Of a stretch of DNA of 41,920 nucleotides, positions 34,918-41,920 are shown in pieces. Each line of letters opens with the position of its first letter. Positions within the stretch are counted from its first letter, which is position 1. The notes beneath the pieces were generated by a model that saw only the letters and a program-made list of their open reading frames with translations, ran no database searches and was not told the origin of the DNA. Position numbers and translations under genes: made by a program. Source of the DNA: Bigelowiella natans CCMP2755 (Eukaryota; Protista; Cercozoa); NCBI GenBank assembly GCA_000320545.1, contig ADNK01000123.1, forward strand, positions 1-41,920, read 5' to 3'.

Positions 34918-37320
34918 GTGTGTTTGTGTGTGTGAGGTGTGCAAGTGAGGGGAGGAAGTATAGATACGTGCATGTATACATGTAGGTGGATGAAAATGAA
35001 TATTTTCATTTGTATAGTTAATGAGTGAGAACGGGCATTTCCGTGGTTGGTTTATGCGTATTCGTGTCTGTACATGTGAGCGCACGTGTGTGCATTACAA
35101 TGTTGGGAATAAATAGCCTTTATAGATAATTTCGCAAATCACCGCTTTCCCAACCGTTAAAGCGATTATTACCTTGGCTCAGGGAGATTTTCAGTGAGGG
35201 CGTCCAGAAGCTCTGCGGTCCCTTTATATTGCACAATCACGTATTACGCACAGTTTTTTAATTATGTCTATGCTCTTGCAGGTATTACCTGATCCATGCT
35301 TGGCTGAAACTGCAAAGGGCTCAATTCCAAGCTCCCAGAATTCACGAGCATCGCGAATCTTCATAGAGGAGGGAGGGGAGGGGACATTGGACAATCAGTA
35401 GACGATTAGTTCTAATCAGAACTAATCGTTGGTGAGGCAATAAAATGATTCCCGTCCACTGGTCTTACCGACTGCGCGCTCTCGCATTTGTTGACGGCCA
35501 GGACGATCGGTTTTTCTGAAACACAGAGAACAGGAGGATTGAAGAAGAAGAAGAAGAAGAAGAAGAAGAAGAAGAAGAAAGAGGAGGAGGAGGAGGAGGA
35601 GGAGGAGGAGGAGGAAGCACAGAACAAGGGGGAAAAGATAGTCGAAAGCGATCAACAGTTCTTGTGCCGGTTGTTAGCCCTACCGTAAGAATCACCGCCG
35701 TCGTCTTCAGAATTTCCCCTGTTCTTCTTCGATCTTGAGCGGCTTTCACGCCTATGATGAAGCAGCCAGTCTGCTATTTCCCTATCTGCCGCACTGAGGC
35801 CAGCTCTTCCATCGACAACGAAGACCACAGCATCCGCTAAGATTTAATATATATATAACCCATCATCAATTTGTGAATACATGAATACACAACACTAGTG
35901 GTAAGATATGCTCTATTTAGCCATTATCTTCATGTACATGATTGTTATTTTTATCATTTGCATCATAATCTCTTCATCCTGTTCAAAAAAGCGGAGATAA
36001 GTTTCCACCTTCGGCGATAGCTGCTGCGGCCTGCTTTTCAATCTCATAGGGCAGTCGTTTCTCGAAGTCCGCAGGGAGCTCGTCGTAGACGTCCTACGAC
36101 AAAATAAGGAGATATCTCTCATCATACTCGCTGGTGCATAATGTTTTTCAAGACTCTTAAGGACCCGAAGGAATTTCTATTTACCTCTGGAAGCCGTGTG
36201 AGCCCCCCCGTATCAACTACCACGAATTCCTAATTTTGAAATAATTGGAGAGTTCAAGAGAGGGCTACTTTGACTACTTTACGACAAACACAGCAGGCAG
36301 CCCCCTGATAACCTTTTTTCCCCAGTAGCTTCTTCCATACATTCTATCCCGTGTGACCCCGGGAGTGTCATATACGATGGCCTTATATTCACCTACAGGA
36401 GGGAGAGAGGGCCGAGGAGAAGGAGAAGAAGAATGCGATGAGTTTACAGAGGGGAGAGAGAGCTGGCAAACATTGCAGCACATGTTCAACCACACACAAC
36501 ATTGGCGAGTAAATATTGCAAATATTACCAGTAAGCCGATTAAATAGCTCTGACTTTCCAACGTTCGGTTGGCCCACGATGGCAACCTTCGGCAGACATT
36601 CTATGGGGATCTGTTGTCGGATTGTGTTCTCAGGCCGACGGGACTTCATCCTTACTTCCTTCCCCCCAGAAAAAAGTTCCTTTCGCTTTCTCATTTTCTC
36701 CTCATTCTCCGCTACATCTTTTGCCATTCCCTGCAGCTCCATCAAGTCCGATAGGATTCCTGGTGGAAGAAGGGTGGATGTATTTTTGGGAAAATGAGCG
36801 AATAGTAACTGGCATGATACACAATTTATTTTCGGCATTTACGTTCATGAACATCAGTTAGTCCGGGCCAATGCTCGCGTTACTTTGCAATTCTCTTACC
36901 CTGAAGTTTCTGATTCTTCTTATTGTCAGGATCTTGGAGCTTATCGCGTGCACTTTTTCGTTGTTCGGAGCTGCTTACATCAGACAGAGCGCCTTTTCTG
37001 TTGTCGCTTTCTCCTCTCTCAGCACCGATCCTCATCTGCCGTTTTCCGAGAATCGATAGTGGCGCTGTTTTATCGCTTGATCGTAAATTAGTCGGAAGAG
37101 GATGAGGTTTCCTCCAACCTTTGAAGCCATTCCGAGTCCTCCTACTACATACCCCACTTTCTAACATCGATCCAAAATTTTCTCTGAGACTGTACTGGCA
37201 AAGAGCGATCAAGCCCATCATCACAAGGATAGAAGCTGATCTAAGTAGGGTACGTCTGTACAGCGAAAACCGGCTCTGATAATAGCTGGAGTCGTAGATG
37301 ATCGGGGGAGGGGACTCCAT
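32305..37320 (-). CDS. der: Ribosome-biogenesis GTPase Der/EngA, probably plastid-targeted
   Basis: Two G-domains: [42 protein letters not shown], then [28 protein letters not shown]-like end [26 protein letters not shown]. The N-terminus from ATG 37320 has a hydrophobic stretch ([14 protein letters not shown]) followed by an R/S-rich transit-like region. Confidence 0.92.
33049..33342. repeat. (CT)n/(TA)n microsatellites in Der introns
   Basis: Directly visible on both sides of a short exon. Confidence 0.9.
35541..35616. repeat. (GAA)n(GAG)n microsatellite, polypyrimidine on the Der sense strand
   Basis: Directly visible. Confidence 0.9.
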
Positions 37321-37840
37321 TGTGAATTTTTCTTTCTGGATTTGTCTCATTCGAGAATCTATGCGTTTCCTCTCATTGCGACAATTATTCTTGATGTCGT
37401 AGTGCATAAATTTCATCTAATTCTCAACGCATTGGATTGTTCCGATGTTGAGAGGCGTTGGATATTATTATAAGCATATTTTGACTTAGACAACCTGTAT
37501 GGTAATGGTGGTTGGTCGCTTCGAAGCATTTGATAGTAGCAACGGTTTGATGTGTGTGAGTGCTCCTTTAGTTGTTCTCGGTGTAAATCTATGACTTGCG
37601 ATGATGACACCCATTGTAAGACTTAACTTTCGTTCCGAGTCAGGCATGTAGCATTGTTATTAGGATATCCGACAACAAGTTTCCTCATATTTAGATTAAT
37701 TTGCTGGGACATTTTACTTGATGCTCTCTAATATTGGGAACTTTTGGATTTGTCTTGATAATTTTTCGGCTGGCCCAGGAGTCTTTCCCCCCCCTTCGAT
37801 TTTCCCGCGAGTTTAGTCGGTACGGAAATTTGGAGGAAGG
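37321..37840. promoter_or_regulatory. Putative bidirectional promoter, Der/CYHR1-like gene
   Basis: About 520 bp between divergent ATGs. Confidence 0.45.
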
Positions 37841-38996
37841 ATGCCCAAGCGAAAGAAGAAAGCTAGAAAGAATGAGGTCGAACTAATGTTTGCTTAACAG
37901 CCTACGTTGCAACGAAAGGGAAAGACCAAGTTTGTTCGAGCCTCTCATTTCATTTTTTGATGTGATTGTCGTTCATAGAGCTCAACTTCGGCACCGAGCA
38001 CTCCGGCGATGAAAATGTCGAAGAAACAGAAGGTTTTACGAATCGGTTAACGTTTTACGATTGAAATCATCATACGAAGGAACAGTAGAATGATAAATAA
38101 TACTGTGTGTTCTGTACGTGCAGCTGAAGAAAAATAAGCCGAATGGTAGCTCTTCTGCTGCAAAGGCAAAAACCACTCCTCCAGCTCAACGAATAATAGG
38201 CCCGATGTTCGACAAAAAAGATCTGCATTGCACAGTCTGTCTGGACTTTCCTGAAAAGGAGGTCAGAAGTACAGTATGAAACTGCTGAAAAATTGTTCGC
38301 TCGTAAATAAGGAAGGAAGGGACTTATTTTTTTCCTTAAATGGGCCCAATAATTCGAAATTAGATACATTATTTATGCATGTTTGGGTTCTCTTATGTAG
38401 ATCTTCCAGTGCGAAAACGGGCACTTAATGTGTGGAACTTGCCACAACAGAGTGATTCAGGTGAGAGGAGAGAAACCAGAAAAGAATATTGGTTTTGTCC
38501 CTTTCTACCTGCCTGTGTTTCTTGTAAGTCTTTCGAAAACAACACATTACGGGTATTTCATCCTTTGTATCTTCTTCGTAATGAATTGATATCCAAACTC
38601 TGCTGCTGCAGGGCTCGAATCCGTTCTGCCCGAATTGCCGAGTGCGTCTAAGCCGAGAGAGACTCTATCGCAACCGCTTTGCGGAAGCAGTCCTCTCCTC
38701 TCTTATGGTCCCCTGCAAAAATAAAGGATGCAAGGAAATTGTGCAGTACGGAAACCTCAAGTCCCACCACCTGGTAGGTTGAATGTTACTTCAGTGGCCG
38801 ATTTGTTAACTTCTCTGGTACTCATGGGCATGTTACGTGTCGTGGGTCGGTGTTTTGGGTTATAAAATATCAGCGATGTGGTTTCCGAAAATTGCGCTGC
38901 AAGTATCATCCTCTAGGATGCTCGTGGGAAGGAATCTTTAATAACCTCAAGGCCCACCGTAATAATGACTATGGCAACGACGACACGATGAGGACA

Positions 38997-39028
<32 letters not shown>

Positions 39029-40428
39029 AATGAGAAGTCGTAGAGAGAAGCTCAAGAAGATGGAGTCTATAGAATTGCGCGGTCAAGCTAGTTTCTAAAT
39101 CCCTTCTTCTACGCACGCATAAGCTCACAAAATTCAACCTGAATACGCGGTGAGGACGATTAACTTTCTGGTAACCCTTTCTCCCCATACCTACTCTCCC
39201 TCCTCCTCAGAGAAAAACTGCCCTCTCAAGAAGGCAAGGGCCCGGGATATTCTCAAAAACGTTATCTCAAGGTACTACTTTGTTTTGAGGTTAATTCCGT
39301 AAACGGTCTTGTCGAACGCCATTGTGCTTTGGTTTCAGGAGCAAGCAAGAAGAGTCGAAGCATGTGATGGAACACTCAAAGCTACTTGCTCAGAAATCAG
39401 TATGCGAGCTGCTCTCGTCACACTGCGGAAATATCTGCATCAGAGATGTGGTCATCGAGAAGGATGATATCTGTGACGGTGATCATTTTATAGCTTGCTC
39501 CCTGTGAAAGGGAGGGGGAGAGAAAAATATGTAGAGAGACGATGGGAGGAGAAATAGGAGGGAGGGCAGATCAACGAGTAATGCGAGTTTATGCTTCCAC
39601 GGCGTTGGATATATCTCGCAAATTGTGACGTTAGTCCTTTTCCGTCCTCCACGCTCCCCCCCCCCCCCTCTCTCTCTCTCCATGTGTGTGTGTGTGTGTG
39701 TGTGTGTGTCTCCCTCTCTATGATACGCAGAAATGTGTGCAAAACATTCTCTGCATTCGGCATGCTCTGGGAGATGGTTCTGGTGCCTAAGCAGCAGGCC
39801 TCCAACCCATCTGCCGCTGCCGTTGCCCCCCCCTCCTCCTCCTCCTCGAACGGTGGTGTTCCCGTCGATGCTGCCACCAACGACGCAAGCGAGGAAGCCT
39901 ACCGAGATTTCTTGAATCTTGTGTACGAGCAGAGGAACAGAGCAGAAGAAGAAGAAGGAGGAGGGGGTGGAAGTAGTGGGGCTGCTAGTAGTAGCAACAC
40001 GAACAGAGGAAGGCCGTACTTGACGCGAAGCAGGTCAGTCATTGGAGGAGGAGGAGATCATCTTTCTATGTTATATTATGGAAGAGAAGAAGAAGAAGAA
40101 GAAGAAGAAATAGAAGCAGAAGGGGGGTGCGAATCGGCCACGAAAGAGACAGATTGAGAGATGAATCGATGACCAACGGTCAGTCCAACTCTGGCAAATA
40201 CGTACTACTACGACTACTACCGACAAGGGTGCTGCTGCTGTAATCATCATCATCCCCATCATCATCATCATCATCGATCCTCCTTTATTAATTTAAATCG
40301 TTCTATAAAGGTCCCGTGACGGGTTTTGGGAGTCCGTAGCCAACCTCAGCACCAGCCATAATAATCACAATGACAACCATAGTAATAATACCTCCAGCAC
40401 TGCCAATAATAGCAGTGGCAACACCACT

Positions 40429-40462
<34 letters not shown>

Positions 40463-41920
40463 GCCCGAATGCTGGTGGGTTTGCGGATAAAAGGAATAGT
40501 AATAATGATAGTAGTGATCATAATAATAATAATAATCACAGTAGCGACTCGAAAGTGCCGACGATAAATGGAAAAGAGGGGAGGAGGAGGAGGAGGAGGA
40601 GGAGGAGGAGGAGGAATAGAAGGAGGAGAGAGAGGAGGGAGTGGTACTCAGAGTAGCAACAATGCTGGAAGCCAACAGCTATCTTCATCGTCTTCGACGA
40701 TGCCTAGTGCTAATGGAGCTGCCTCTTCCAATATTGCGCAAATGCGACTGCTGCAACGCCAAATGGAGGAAGAGAAGAAGAGAATAATGATGATGAATAA
40801 TAATAAGAAGAAGAAGATCGAGTTGAAGGTCGGGGTGAAGCTTAGAGCAGTATCTTCAATCAAGAGAAAGGTGATGATAATGATGATGACGATGATGATG
40901 ATGATAAGAACGTTGTCAATACAGCCCACAGTCGTTATTTTCTGCCTCTTCCCTCCTTCTCTTTTCGATCTTTATCTTCCGTAGCACCCCATGTAGACAG
41001 GGAAGAGACTATAATGAGTCGTGACAGTCATAGTGAGAGCAATGTAACACGTGTCGTGTGCAACGTTTTTTGGGGGTGGGTTTCTACCAATGCATGAGTT
41101 CCGAGATAATTGCTATTTTTGGAGCACTACCTCTCATCTGTTATTTGTCTGTGTTGCTGCTGCTGCTGCTGGTGGTGGTGGTGTATCTGCTCTGCGATGA
41201 TGCACAGGTGAGACTTCGATTCTTCGTCCTCAAAGGGTACGTTCAACTAGAGAAGAGAGAGAGAGAGCGAGAGAGAGAGGAGAGTAGATAAAGTTCTTTG
41301 TTTCCCTTTTCTTGGTGTTACCTACACAACTATTCTTGATATCATCGCCACCACAATGTAGCCCGGGCCTTGAATTCGATCTGGTGCCTACAATACATCG
41401 CGTTACGTTTAAGCGTAACCGCCGCTGCAAGGAGAGCGAGGTTTTTTAAGTGCGTGCGTGCGTGCGTGTGTACATGCGTGCGTGCGTGCATGTGCGTGTG
41501 CGTGTGCGTGTGTGTTTGTTTGTTCGCTGCCACAGCAAAACGAATGAAGGAATTCAAAATGGAGAATCGATCATGAGCACCGTTGCAGAATAGATAGATA
41601 ACAGCGGCACGGTATACTGTGACAGCACTGTCATCACGCACGCACGTACACAGGTGTGCTACCTCGGGTTTAAGAGCGACGACACGGCTACTGTGTATGA
41701 GCAAGATTCCCTGCACTTCAGAATAGGACTCGTGGACACGAGGAGACGTGTTGCCCCGGAGTTCAGCACGGATGCTCCTGCTCGTCTACACGCCGATGGT
41801 TCTTTTACTGACACCGACTACGGTGGGATAGTAATGATGAAGAGAGGAGGAGGAGGAGGAGGAGGAGGAGGAGGGAGGGAGGGGGGGAGGAGGCGTCCAT
41901 GCTGTGGTGGTGGTGGTGTT
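37841..41920 (+). CDS. CYHR1/ZFTRAF1-like RING + TRAF-type zinc finger protein; 3' end probably beyond window
   Basis: ATG 37841 gives MPKRKKKARK (NLS-like). Spliced [55 protein letters not shown]..H, later FSAFGMLW and VRLRFFVLKGPGLEFDLVPTIHRVTF. These resemble recalled CYHR1 segments (CTVCLDLP..YQCTNGHLMCAGC..CPNCR; FLLLKGP). Long low-complexity insert at ~39800-40800. Confidence 0.8.

Noticed and set aside
40034-40651. Apparent frameshifts in the CYHR1-like gene
   Set aside because: Canonical introns 40034-40310 and 40555-40651 restore the frame.

Overview
Eukaryotic nuclear DNA: gene-dense, very intron-rich and microsatellite-laden. Bipartite signal+transit-like leaders on plastid-type proteins suggest an alga with a secondary plastid, possibly a chlorarachniophyte (inference). 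Manual GT-AG splicing supports 10 protein-coding genes: a Rad5/SHPRH-like SNF2 helicase (+, 5' partial), DPH6 with RidA/YjgF domains (-), a signal-peptide JmjC oxygenase (+), a cyclophilin (-), MED22 (-), a PAP/fibrillin-like protein (+), an EF-hand + PHTF-like multipass membrane protein (-), an AGC kinase (+), a plastid Der/EngA GTPase (-) and a CYHR1/ZFTRAF1-like RING-TRAF protein (+, 3' partial). Eight of these form four head-to-head pairs. The most striking unexplained signal is a ~1.16 kb intergenic tract (19810-20970) almost free of TpA: only 3 remain, all in CTAG, while TpG/CpA are abundant and CpG is retained. Partial, patchy versions lie downstream of other gene 3' ends, where surviving TpA sit mostly in CTA/TAG contexts. 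This fits a local, context-specific A-to-G hypermutation process (TAH to TGH on either strand), the mirror image of fungal RIP. I saw no rRNA, tRNA, CRISPR array or intact transposon.
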